Source of the DNA: a virus
Strand: one strand, 5' to 3'
Length of the DNA: 22,194 nucleotides
UHGV virus genome: UHGV-0136179
Part shown: piece by piece, positions 1 to 7,535 of the stretch
How the letters are laid out: the number at the start of each line of letters is the position of its first letter
Numbering within the stretch: position 1 is the first letter of the stretch
Position numbers and translations under genes: made by a program
The notes under the pieces: model-generated
The model's input: the letters and a program-made list of their open reading frames with translations, nothing else
Database searches by the model: none
What the model was told of the DNA's origin: nothing

Positions 1-40
1 TAAACCCTGTTTTCCTTGCCATAGACACCATCCCTGTCTT

Positions 41-67
41 CCCCCACATGATGTGGGGGTTTTTTTT
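41..67 (+). terminator. Rho-independent terminator: perfect inverted repeat CCCCCACAT-G-ATGTGGGGG followed by T8
   Basis: Read directly: hairpin 41-59, T-run 60-67. Lies in the att arm next to the int 3' end; likely terminates rightward transcription from flanking DNA. Confidence 0.6.
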
Positions 68-121
68 ATCAATCACTTACATCGGTTTCCGTAAGAAAAC
101 AGTAACTTAAGAAAACCTATA

Positions 122-130
122 AGGGACTGG
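122..130. promoter_or_regulatory. AGGGACTGG motif copy in the att arm (candidate Cox/excisionase-type site); AAGGGCTA follows at 131-138
   Basis: Same 9-mer recurs at 1634-1642 and inverted at 1602-1610 in the C/cox switch region. Confidence 0.35.
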
Positions 131-152
131 AAGGGCTACAAAGTTCTGAGAG

Positions 153-174
153 TGTGGACACTATGTGGACACTC
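153..174. repeat. Tandem direct repeats TGTGGACACT (153-162 and 165-174), candidate arm-type integrase binding sites
   Basis: Two identical 10-mers spaced 12 bp start-to-start, immediately next to the int stop codon in the att arm. Confidence 0.4.
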
Positions 175-185
175 AGAAGGGAAAT

Positions 186-1166
186 TTATAACGTCACTCC
201 GCCTTTTAGAGGATTCAGCGCGACGGCATTTTGCAGGTAGTCAGGCGCAAGGTGCGCATAGGCCATCGTCTGCTGAATGCTCGCATGTCCCAGAATCTGT
301 TGCAGTGCGATTATATTGCCCCCATTCATCATGAAATGGCTTGCGAATGTATGCCGCAGGATGTGGGTTGCCTGATTGGGTGGTATATCTGGCTTCACTC
401 TGCGTAAAATCCCGCAAAACTTCTCATAATCAACTTTGAATAATTTAGCGCTGGCCTCCTCTTTAACTTTTTTCTCCAGTTCCTCAGAAATCGGCACGGT
501 TCGCTTTTTACCGTTTTTGGTTTTCAGGAAGGTAACCCTGCAATTTGTAATCTGTGCTGGTTTTAGCGTGGCAACTTCCGTCCATCTTCCTCCAGTGCTC
601 AGACATAAAAGTGCGACAAGTAAGTCATCACCATCCAAAACATTTAACAGTTTTTCGATTTCTGCTTTTTCCAGGAACGTCATTTCAGGGTTGGCCTCCG
701 CCAGTGGCGGCAGTCCGTGAATTGGGTGTTGCCCGGAAAATTCATCCAGTTGAATTAATTTTGTGAACATGCCGGATAATCGGTACATGTCACGGTTTAT
801 CGTTGCGGCACTGATACCATCACGTAGTCGCATGGAACGATAATCCATCAAAGCTCTTTTGTTCATCCGGCTCACTGGTATATCACCTATGCCGCTGATG
901 GTTTTGAGCAGATGATTAAACTCTTTTGTTCCATGCTCGTGGTTTTGCCCGTGATATTTCCACCAGATGTCCAGCAACTCACTCAAAGTTCTGCGATCTG
1001 CTCGCTGACCTGCCCATTCTTTCTGGCTGGCGTAGGCGATTGTGTATCGCTCAAATGCTACAGCCTCAGCTTTTCTTTCAAATTTCCTGCGGATGCGTTT
1101 TCCGTCGCGACCGCGAGGTCTAATGTCCACTTCATAGCGTCCATCATCGAGCTTCTTAATTGACAT
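186..1166 (-). CDS. int: Tyrosine integrase (P2/186 Int family)
   Basis: ORF 186-1196; start at 1166 (MSIKKLDD...) preferred because GAGGG lies 8 nt upstream, whereas the ATG at 1196 has no SD. C-terminal HILRHTFASH ... MAYAHL fits the tyrosine recombinase catalytic region. First gene beside the att arm, divergent from cox. Confidence 0.9.
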   Translation of the reverse strand: MSIKKLDDGRYEVDIRPRGRDGKRIRRKFERKAEAVAFERYTIAYASQKEWAGQRADRRTLSELLDIWWKYHGQNHEHGTKEFNHLLKTISGIGDIPVSRMNKRALMDYRSMRLRDGISAATINRDMYRLSGMFTKLIQLDEFSGQHPIHGLPPLAEANPEMTFLEKAEIEKLLNVLDGDDLLVALLCLSTGGRWTEVATLKPAQITNCRVTFLKTKNGKKRTVPISEELEKKVKEEASAKLFKVDYEKFCGILRRVKPDIPPNQATHILRHTFASHFMMNGGNIIALQQILGHASIQQTMAYAHLAPDYLQNAVALNPLKGGVTL

Positions 1167-1235
1167 AAGAAAGCCCTCTGACGCTGTATTCACCATCTTG
1201 GTAACAAATGGTGAAAATGTAATGTTTATAGAGTG

Positions 1236-1529
1236 TTAACCAGTCTGTTTTTCGGAGTGGTCTGATTCTGTTGGTTTTTGCCCAATGTGTGCGAGAGCCG
1301 GCGCGATCTGACCAGCTTGTGGTGACGTATCACCAGTCATTAACCAGAGCGTATATTTTTTAAATAAAGGCGTATTTGTGACTCGCATAACGATGCTGAG
1401 ACCAGGGTCTTTATGCCCACTTTCGTAATTTTTGACTGTTCCTAGAGCTATCCCGCTAATTTCGCTGAATTTCGCCTGTGTTAAGCCTTCTGCTTTCCTA
1501 ATCGCTTTCAGTTTTTCGAATGTCTGCAT
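1236..1529 (-). CDS. C: Immunity repressor, P2 C-like (helix-turn-helix)
   Basis: 97 aa, close to P2 C (99 aa); HTH-like segment LTQAKFSEISGIALGTVKNYESG; sits between int and cox, divergent from cox. Confidence 0.85.
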   Translation of the reverse strand: MQTFEKLKAIRKAEGLTQAKFSEISGIALGTVKNYESGHKDPGLSIVMRVTNTPLFKKYTLWLMTGDTSPQAGQIAPALAHIGQKPTESDHSEKQTG

Positions 1530-1558
1530 TTGACAGTAACCTATTGGTGACTTATATT
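1530..1558 (+). promoter_or_regulatory. Early rightward promoter (Pe-like): -35 TTGACA (1530-1535), 17-bp spacer, -10 TATATT (1553-1558)
   Basis: Consensus sigma-70 hexamers with ideal spacing, oriented toward cox; an operator repeat lies in the spacer. Confidence 0.6.
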
Positions 1559-1585
1559 TCCGTCAAAAGGTTGTGTATTGGTGAC
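1542..1585. promoter_or_regulatory. Direct-repeat operator half-sites TATTGGTGAC (1542-1551 and 1576-1585)
   Basis: Identical 10-mers 34 bp apart flanking the -10 of the putative Pe; P2 C repressor binds direct repeats flanking the Pe -10. Confidence 0.5.
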
Positions 1586-1601
1586 CTTTTGGGTGTGTTA
1601 G

Positions 1602-1642
1602 CCAGTCCCTAGAAAGGACAGGGGCGACCTAGAAGGGACTGG
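1602..1642. promoter_or_regulatory. Inverted pair CCAGTCCCT (1602-1610) / AGGGACTGG (1634-1642), candidate Cox-type binding region in the switch
   Basis: 9-bp inverted repeat with a 23-bp spacer; the same 9-mer occurs at 122-130 in the att arm. Confidence 0.35.
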
Positions 1643-1681
1643 ATCTAATAAGGGTAACACGAAAGCAAAAAGGGCTAATCA

Positions 1682-1954
1682 ATGGAAGTCAATGACTATG
1701 TGATTCAGTACCCGATTGATGCGGTACATACGGTTAAGTTTGCAGAGTTACTTGGTAAGCCAGAAACGGCTGTAGTCAAGATGGTAAAAGAGAATAAATT
1801 GCCAGTTATTGAGCTTCGTGATCCAAGTAAGCCGAACGCTCGTGTCGGTGAGAAGTGGGTTTTCATTCCAGAGTTTAATCGCGCTGTACGAGAGGCGTTT
1901 TATAACCGACCAGTTGAACAGCGTGATGCATGGCTTTTGTGGATGGGGTTGTGA
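1682..1954 (+). CDS. cox: Cox-like excisionase / lytic-switch regulator
   Basis: 90 aa (P2 Cox is 91 aa), first gene of the rightward early operon, divergent from C; SD AAGGG 7 nt upstream; conserved C-terminal W..W.GL-like ending (WLLWMGL). Confidence 0.8.
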   Translation: MEVNDYVIQYPIDAVHTVKFAELLGKPETAVVKMVKENKLPVIELRDPSKPNARVGEKWVFIPEFNRAVREAFYNRPVEQRDAWLLWMGL

Positions 1955-1956
1955 TT

Positions 1957-2127
1957 ATGAGTGAACCGCGTTGTATTGCTCAGTTACTGCGTAACGAAAG
2001 CCCCAGGGCGATTGACTTCACCATCACCCACGGTAAGGGTCGTAAGGGAATCATTATCCGCACCAAAAAACAGAGTCCGTTAAAAAAGGCTCTGACCTTT
2101 CTGAAAAGCCGGAGGGTATGGAAATGA
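1957..2127 (+). CDS. Hypothetical early protein (positional equivalent of P2 orf78)
   Basis: In-frame ATG at 1957 just after the cox stop; basic 56-aa product; its stop overlaps the next start (ATGA). Confidence 0.4.
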   Translation: MSEPRCIAQLLRNESPRAIDFTITHGKGRKGIIIRTKKQSPLKKALTFLKSRRVWK

Positions 2128-2624
2128 CAGTGATGACGCTCAATCTCGTTGAAAAACAGCCAGCAGCTATGCGCCGGATAATTGGTAAGCATCTTGCCGT
2201 TCCTCGCTGGCAGGATACATGTGATTATTATAATCAGATGATGGAGCGCGAACGGCTAACGGTTTGCTTTCATGCGCAGTTAAAACAGCGTCACGCAACG
2301 ATGCGTTTTGAAGAAATGAACGACGTCGAACGTGAACGGCTGGTTTGTGCAATTGATGAATTGCGTGGGGCATTCTCAAAACGCCGTCAGGTTGGCGCAA
2401 GTGAGTATGCATATATTAGTTTTTTAACAGTCAGTCAGCGTCGCACTTTATTTATGCATGCCGGATTGACTGAAAAAGAATTCAACCAGCCATACTGGCG
2501 AATTAATGAAGAATCATGTTACTGGCGTGATGCTTTATTCCGTGCATTACGTGAATTATTCAGCCTGTTTGAGTATGCACCGACAATTCTGACGTCGGTA
2601 AAACCAGAGCAATATCTGCATTAA
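2124..2624 (+). CDS. B: P2 gpB-like replication protein (helicase-loader-like)
   Basis: 166 aa from the ATG at 2124 (GGAGGG 7 nt upstream), the same length as P2 gpB; position between cox and A. Confidence 0.6.
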   Translation: MTVMTLNLVEKQPAAMRRIIGKHLAVPRWQDTCDYYNQMMERERLTVCFHAQLKQRHATMRFEEMNDVERERLVCAIDELRGAFSKRRQVGASEYAYISFLTVSQRRTLFMHAGLTEKEFNQPYWRINEESCYWRDALFRALRELFSLFEYAPTILTSVKPEQYLH

Positions 2625-2687
2625 GTAATTAACCAGAGTTTTTAACGCACTTAATTGTGCGGGGCTTCTTTTTGCCTGGAGAAAGTC

Positions 2688-2912
2688 ATGCATACAGTTT
2701 CTGAAAATCAGTGCGGTAAATACGCATTACTGCTGCAACAGGCCAGAACCGAAGCACAGGCCGACGCAGCGACGCGCTTTTCTTCTCATCTTGACGCCAT
2801 GATTCGCCACATCACAAAGGCGGAGTTATCCCGCGTGGAGATAGTCGAGCTGCTCAGTCAGGAGTCGGAAAAATTTCACAATATTGGATTGTCTCGCGGG
2901 GAGGTGCTTTGA
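2688..2912 (+). CDS. Hypothetical early protein (orf80 position)
   Basis: ATG at 2688 with GGAGAAAG upstream; 74 aa; stop overlaps the next start. Confidence 0.45.
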   Translation: MHTVSENQCGKYALLLQQARTEAQADAATRFSSHLDAMIRHITKAELSRVEIVELLSQESEKFHNIGLSRGEVL

Positions 2913-3214
2913 TGTCCTGTTCTCGTTCAGTTGTATTACTGAATAACGCCTTAAAAATCGCCGTTATGAAAAATGGCGATTTATCTCTTATTCAACTTGG
3001 TCTTGATAAAGAAAAACGCGAAATAACTGAGTCTGTTATCGCGATTTATCAGAACGAATTAAATCTCCTGTCTGATGTGGTCAATTTACTTGTTAAACGC
3101 GCTGTATTCCACAAGCAAATTTCCTCAGTGGATGAACTGACAAAATTAACGACAGAAATTGCCAGCTATTGCGCTGATGAATTTAAAAAACTTAACGACA
3201 AAAGGAGCTGGTAA
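2912..3214 (+). CDS. Hypothetical early protein (orf81 position), A+T-rich
   Basis: ATG at 2912 with GGGGAGG SD; 100 aa; noticeably more A+T-rich than its neighbours. Confidence 0.45.
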   Translation: MSCSRSVVLLNNALKIAVMKNGDLSLIQLGLDKEKREITESVIAIYQNELNLLSDVVNLLVKRAVFHKQISSVDELTKLTTEIASYCADEFKKLNDKRSW

Positions 3215-3438
3215 TGCCGGACAACGTAGATTTTATTCAGGAACAACAGGCTGAATTACTGGAGCGCCAGATTAACGCGGCAAGGGTAAAGCATTGCGGT
3301 GTTTCTGCGCTGGTTTGCGAAGAGTGTGACGCGCCAATACCTGCTGCCCGTCGTGCGGCTTATCCGTCAGCCACGCGTTGTGTTTCCTGCCAGTCAGTCT
3401 TTGAAGCAAAAAACAAACATTACCGGAGAACGGCATGA
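3214..3438 (+). CDS. TraR/DksA-family C4 zinc-finger protein
   Basis: 74 aa with CxxC-(17)-CxxC (CEEC ... CVSC); AAAGGAG SD; P2 has a TraR-like orf82 at this position. Confidence 0.7.
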   Translation: MPDNVDFIQEQQAELLERQINAARVKHCGVSALVCEECDAPIPAARRAAYPSATRCVSCQSVFEAKNKHYRRTA

Positions 3439-3710
3439 GTATTAGTATTGAAATTGGCGAACGTTATGTCGTTACCAGTGACAGCTTTCAGTTTATTCTC
3501 CACGAGAAAAAGAGAGCTGAAAGCGGTAAAAACGCCGGTCAGGAATGGCTGGCGGTGGTTGGTTATTACCCGAAATTAAGCCAGCTCGTTTCCGGCCTGA
3601 TGCATCACGATATTCTGACCGGAAGCGCAAAGTCTTTTGCTGATTTAAACGCGCAGGTTGAGCAACTCAGCAAGCGTTGTTCAGAGGCTTTTGGCTCATA
3701 TGGCCGTTAA
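3435..3710 (+). CDS. Hypothetical early protein (orf83 position)
   Basis: 91-aa ORF, GGAGAA SD, overlaps the A start. Confidence 0.45.
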   Translation: MSISIEIGERYVVTSDSFQFILHEKKRAESGKNAGQEWLAVVGYYPKLSQLVSGLMHHDILTGSAKSFADLNAQVEQLSKRCSEAFGSYGR

Positions 3711-5967
3711 AGCCTCCGGGCGTTTTGTCCCTCCGTCAGTATTTGCCGCAGGCACCGGTGAGACGTTTACCGGTGCTTATGCATGGAACGCGCCACGCGA
3801 GGCCGTCGGGCGCGAAAGACCCCTTACACGTGACGAGATGCGTCAGGTGCAAGGTGTTTTATCCACGATTAATCGCCTGCCTTACTTTTTGCGCTCGCTG
3901 TTTACTTCACGCTATGACTACATCCGGCGCAATAAAAGCCCGGTGCACGGGTTTTATTTCCTCACATCCACTTTTCAGCGCCGTTTATGGCCGCGTATTG
4001 AGCGCGTGAATCAGCGCCATGAAATGAATACCGACGCGTCGTTGCTGTTTCTGGCAGAGCGTGACCATTATGCGCGTCTGCCGGGGATGAATGACAAGGA
4101 GCTGAAAAAGTTTGCCGCCCGTATCTCATCGCAGCTTTTCATGATGTATGAGGAACTCTGCGATGCATGGGTTGATGCACATGGCGAGAAAGAATCGCTG
4201 TTTACAGATGAGGCGCAGGCGCATCTGTATGGTCATGTTGCTGGCGCTGCACGTGCTTTCAATATTTCCCCTCTCTACTGGAAAAAATACCGTAAAGGAC
4301 AGATGACCACGAGGCAGGCATATTCTGCCATTGCCCGTCTGTTTAACGATGAGTGGTGGACTCATCAGTTTAAAGGCCAGCGTATGCGCTGGCATGAGGC
4401 GTTACTGATTGCTGTCGGGGAGGTCAATAAAGACCGTTCTCCTTATGCCAGTAAACATGCCATTCGTGATGTGCGTGCGCGCCGCCAGGCAAATCTGGAA
4501 TTTCTTAAATCGTGTGACCTTGAAAACAGGGAAACCGGCGAGCGCATCGACCTTATCAGTAAGGTGATGGGCAGTATTTCTAATCCTGAAATTCGCCGGA
4601 TGGAGCTGATGAACACCATTGCCGGTATTGAGCGTTACGCCGCCGCAGAGGGCGATGTGGGCATGTTTATCACGCTGACCGCGCCGTCAAAGTATCACCC
4701 GACACGTCAGGTCGGAAAAGGCGAAAGTAAAACCGTCCAGCTTAATCACGGCTGGAACGATGAGGCATTTAATCCAAAGGATGCGCAGCGTTATCTCTGC
4801 CGTATCTGGAGCCTGATGCGCACGGCATTCAAGGATAATGATTTACAGGTCTACGGTTTGCGAGTCGTCGAGCCACACCACGACGGAACGCCGCACTGGC
4901 ATATGATGCTTTTTTGTAATCCACGCCAGCGTAACCAGATTATCGAAATCATGCGTCGCTATGCGCTCAAAGAGGATGGCGACGAAAGAGGAGCCGCGCG
5001 AAACCGTTTTCAGGCAAAACACCTTAACCGGGGCGGTGCTGCGGGATATATCGCGAAATACATTTCAAAAAATATCGACGGCTATGCACTGGACGGTCAG
5101 CTCGATAACGATACCGGCAGACCGCTGAAAGATACTGCGGCGGCTGTTACCGCATGGGCGTCAACGTGGCGCATCCCGCAATTTAAAACGGTTGGCCTGC
5201 CGACAATGGGAGCTTACCGTGAGCTACGTAAATTGCCTCGCGGCGTCAGCATTGCTGATGAATTTGACGAACGCGTGGAGGCTGCACGCGCCGCCGCAGA
5301 CAGTGGTGATTTTGCGTTGTATATCAGCGCACAGGGTGGGGCAAATGTTCCGCGTGATTGCCAGACTGTCAGAGTCGCCCGTAGCCCGTCGGATGACGTT
5401 AACGAGTACGAGGAAGAAGTCGAGAGAGTGGTCGGCATTTACGCGCCGCATCTCGGCGCGCGTCATATTCATATCACCAGAACGACGGACTGGCGCATTG
5501 TGCCGAAAGTTCCGGTCGTTGAGCCTTTGACTTTAAAAAGCGGCATCGCCGCGCCTCGGAGTCCTGTCAATAACTGTGGAAAGCTCACCGGTGGTGATAC
5601 TTCGTTACCGGCTCCCACACCTTCTGAACACGCCGCAGCAGTGCTTAATCTGGTTGATGACGGTGTTATCGAATGGAATGACCCGGAGGTCGTGAGGGTG
5701 CTCAGGGGCGCATTAAAACACGGCCTGAGAACACCAAATCGTCAGCAAAGAAACGGAAGCCCGTTAAAACCACATGAAATTGCACCATCGGCCAGGCTGA
5801 CCCGGCCGGAACGATTGCAAATTACCCGTATCCGCGTTGACCTTGCTCAGAACGGTATCAGGCCTCCGCGATGGGAGCTTGAGGCGCTGGCGCGTGGGGC
5901 AACAGTAAATTATGACGGGAAAAAATTCACGTATCCGGTCGCTGATGAGTGGCCGGGATTCACATAA
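3700..5967 (+). CDS. A: Rolling-circle replication initiator gpA (HUH endonuclease superfamily)
   Basis: 755 aa from the ATG at 3700 (the ORF extends to 3658 via a non-ATG). HUH motif PHWHMMLF and tyrosine motif GYIAKYISKNIDGY are visible in the translation. Confidence 0.9.
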   Translation: MAVKASGRFVPPSVFAAGTGETFTGAYAWNAPREAVGRERPLTRDEMRQVQGVLSTINRLPYFLRSLFTSRYDYIRRNKSPVHGFYFLTSTFQRRLWPRIERVNQRHEMNTDASLLFLAERDHYARLPGMNDKELKKFAARISSQLFMMYEELCDAWVDAHGEKESLFTDEAQAHLYGHVAGAARAFNISPLYWKKYRKGQMTTRQAYSAIARLFNDEWWTHQFKGQRMRWHEALLIAVGEVNKDRSPYASKHAIRDVRARRQANLEFLKSCDLENRETGERIDLISKVMGSISNPEIRRMELMNTIAGIERYAAAEGDVGMFITLTAPSKYHPTRQVGKGESKTVQLNHGWNDEAFNPKDAQRYLCRIWSLMRTAFKDNDLQVYGLRVVEPHHDGTPHWHMMLFCNPRQRNQIIEIMRRYALKEDGDERGAARNRFQAKHLNRGGAAGYIAKYISKNIDGYALDGQLDNDTGRPLKDTAAAVTAWASTWRIPQFKTVGLPTMGAYRELRKLPRGVSIADEFDERVEAARAAADSGDFALYISAQGGANVPRDCQTVRVARSPSDDVNEYEEEVERVVGIYAPHLGARHIHITRTTDWRIVPKVPVVEPLTLKSGIAAPRSPVNNCGKLTGGDTSLPAPTPSEHAAAVLNLVDDGVIEWNDPEVVRVLRGALKHGLRTPNRQQRNGSPLKPHEIAPSARLTRPERLQITRIRVDLAQNGIRPPRWELEALARGATVNYDGKKFTYPVADEWPGFT

Positions 5968-6085
5968 ACTGAAATGAACAGCGTTGCAAGTGTGATAAAA
6001 ATCATTATACTGTTTTTATATACAGTACTTTAATCTGGAAAGATGCTATAAATGTATATTTCTATAAAAATATATGGTTTATTGA

Positions 6086-6114
6086 TTGTGTATGCTCACT
6101 ATCAAATTTATACT
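6086..6114 (+). promoter_or_regulatory. Candidate sigma-70 promoter for cargo locus 1 (-35 TTGTGT, 17-bp spacer, -10 TATACT)
   Basis: Lies in the A+T-rich spacer between the A stop and the cargo gene; hexamers only. Confidence 0.25.
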
Positions 6115-6244
6115 CCGCGCGCAATGTTGAGTATGCTTAAGATATAGCGTTTACAATTCCAGGCTTGAAGGCTCGGGTATAGGTAAAAATTGAGTGTTCT
6201 CGGTTGCTTTTCGTGACATAAGAGGACAGCAAAGGAGGTTGAGT

Positions 6245-6715
6245 ATGTACAGCCCATTGAACATCGCGAATAAGTTTATAGAACTTGCTTGCGCGGCTGG
6301 TATGCCAATCACCCAGATGCAGGCACAAAAGCTGACCTATATAGCACATGGTATAAATCTGGGTTACAAAGGCACGCCTTTGTTAACGACACCAGTTTGT
6401 GCATGGCGTTATGGTCCAGTGGTTCCAGTTCTGTATAACCATCTTAAAGTTTATGGCCGTAGTCCCATAACACAACCAATACAAGTTCCATCGGCAATTT
6501 CTCAGGAGTTTGACCCTATGACTGAGCAGTTGCTGCAGAACGTTTATAACGTTTACGGTAAATATACCGCTGAGGATTTATCTGCTTTCACACATCGTGA
6601 AGGTACTCCTTGGAAGCAAGCAATGGATAGTCGTATGGATATCATTCCTGATTCCGTTATTCAGGATTACTATCAAAAGCTGCTACACGGCGATAGCAAT
6701 TGCATCGGACTATGA
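6245..6715 (+). CDS. Panacea/DUF4065-like protein (candidate antitoxin or defence component)
   Basis: ATG at 6245 with perfect AAAGGAGG SD 6 nt upstream; 156 aa. Segment QKLTYIAHGINLGYKGTPLLTTPVCAWRYGPVVPVLYNHLKVYG resembles the DUF4065 core as I recall it (KLQKL.Y.A.G ... W..GPV.P..Y). Located in the A-Q variable slot. Confidence 0.5.
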   Translation: MYSPLNIANKFIELACAAGMPITQMQAQKLTYIAHGINLGYKGTPLLTTPVCAWRYGPVVPVLYNHLKVYGRSPITQPIQVPSAISQEFDPMTEQLLQNVYNVYGKYTAEDLSAFTHREGTPWKQAMDSRMDIIPDSVIQDYYQKLLHGDSNCIGL

Positions 6716-6730
6716 GTCCGAATTAAGATA

Positions 6731-6755
6731 ACCCCGTCTATGTACGGGGTTTTTT
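6731..6755 (+). terminator. Intergenic hairpin plus T6 between the two cargo genes
   Basis: Stem ACCCCGT (6731-6737) / ACGGGGT (6744-6750), 6-nt loop, T-run 6750-6755; the downstream ATG begins at 6756. Confidence 0.55.
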
Positions 6756-7328
6756 ATGCCTGACGATAATAAGAAAGTGACAGCTGAATTTGATAAAGAC
6801 CTTCTCAGACGATTGCAGCAAGCTGAGCAGAATCTGATAACTGCCTCTGCGGCTTTGGGAGATGAGGGCTGTTGGGATGAAGAATCTCATGAGCCTGAGT
6901 CTGTTGAGGACGCTGTTGATGAAATGCAAAAGGAAGAAGAGGATGCTGCGACCATGCAGCGTTTGGATTTATCCAGTCTTAATTTTCAAATTGCTGAATT
7001 GAGTCGCTGTGTTGAAACTATAAGCACTAACCTTGAAAGCGTACAGGCAGAAACCAAAAGAAAAAATGCGGAAACCGACGGCCTGCTTACGGACAATGAG
7101 CTCCGTAGAACTATGGCTGATAAAACATATCAATTCATGATTGTTTGGTGTTGTTTTGTCGGCTGGGTCATATTTATGTATGTATTGAAAAAAGATTTTG
7201 ATCCACCAGAAACAATTATCATTGCGCTTATGGGAACCACAACTGTGAGTATTGTGGGATTGGTTGGGTTTGTTGTTAGTGGTTTGTTCAAAAGCAACAA
7301 TAAACCTTCTGGCGACAATAAAAATTAA
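6756..7328 (+). CDS. Acidic coiled-coil protein with C-terminal two-helix membrane hairpin (candidate toxin/effector)
   Basis: 190 aa. Acidic N-terminus (EESHEPESVEDAVDEMQKEEEDA); hydrophobic segments FMIVWCCFVGWVIFMYVL and IIIALMGTTTVSIVGLVGFVVSGLF; A+T-rich. Start uncertain because it abuts the terminator T-run. Confidence 0.5.
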   Translation: MPDDNKKVTAEFDKDLLRRLQQAEQNLITASAALGDEGCWDEESHEPESVEDAVDEMQKEEEDAATMQRLDLSSLNFQIAELSRCVETISTNLESVQAETKRKNAETDGLLTDNELRRTMADKTYQFMIVWCCFVGWVIFMYVLKKDFDPPETIIIALMGTTTVSIVGLVGFVVSGLFKSNNKPSGDNKN

Positions 7329-7338
7329 TCATCAAAGT

Positions 7339-7363
7339 GGCACCTTTGGGTGCTATTTTTTTT
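7339..7363 (+). terminator. Rho-independent terminator closing cargo locus 1
   Basis: Stem GGCACC/GGTGCT with TTTG loop, followed by T8, 11 nt after the stop at 7328. Confidence 0.55.
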
Positions 7364-7516
7364 GCTTTTTCCGCGATTTCTCTGTTTTTTCCGTGCATCA
7401 TTTGATGCATGAGTTTGAATGTGCTTTAGTCGAGCTCACTTGCTTTCTGCTGCCAATGCTAGCTAGGTTTGACGGTGTTCATGCAACTGCATTAAAACCG
7501 ACCCATGAAGCGGGCG

Positions 7517-7535
7517 GGCGAGGCGGGGAAAGCAC
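7517..7535. other. cos: cos site: 19-nt cohesive-end sequence GGCGAGGCGGGGAAAGCAC
   Basis: Exact match to the P2/186 cohesive end as I recall it; correct position between the A-side cargo and Q; G/T-rich flank at 7536-7680. Confidence 0.75.

Noticed and set aside
1-120. tRNA or tmRNA 3' end as the integration target
   Set aside because: No recognisable tRNA acceptor or T-arm features by eye; too little flanking sequence to test.
152-1163. Several short plus-strand ORFs (60-94 aa)
   Set aside because: Antisense to or overlapping the integrase gene, with no ribosome-binding sites.
3658-3699. Upstream extension of the gpA ORF
   Set aside because: The first codon of the extended ORF is not ATG; the ATG at 3700 overlaps the preceding stop by a few nucleotides, the usual coupling pattern.
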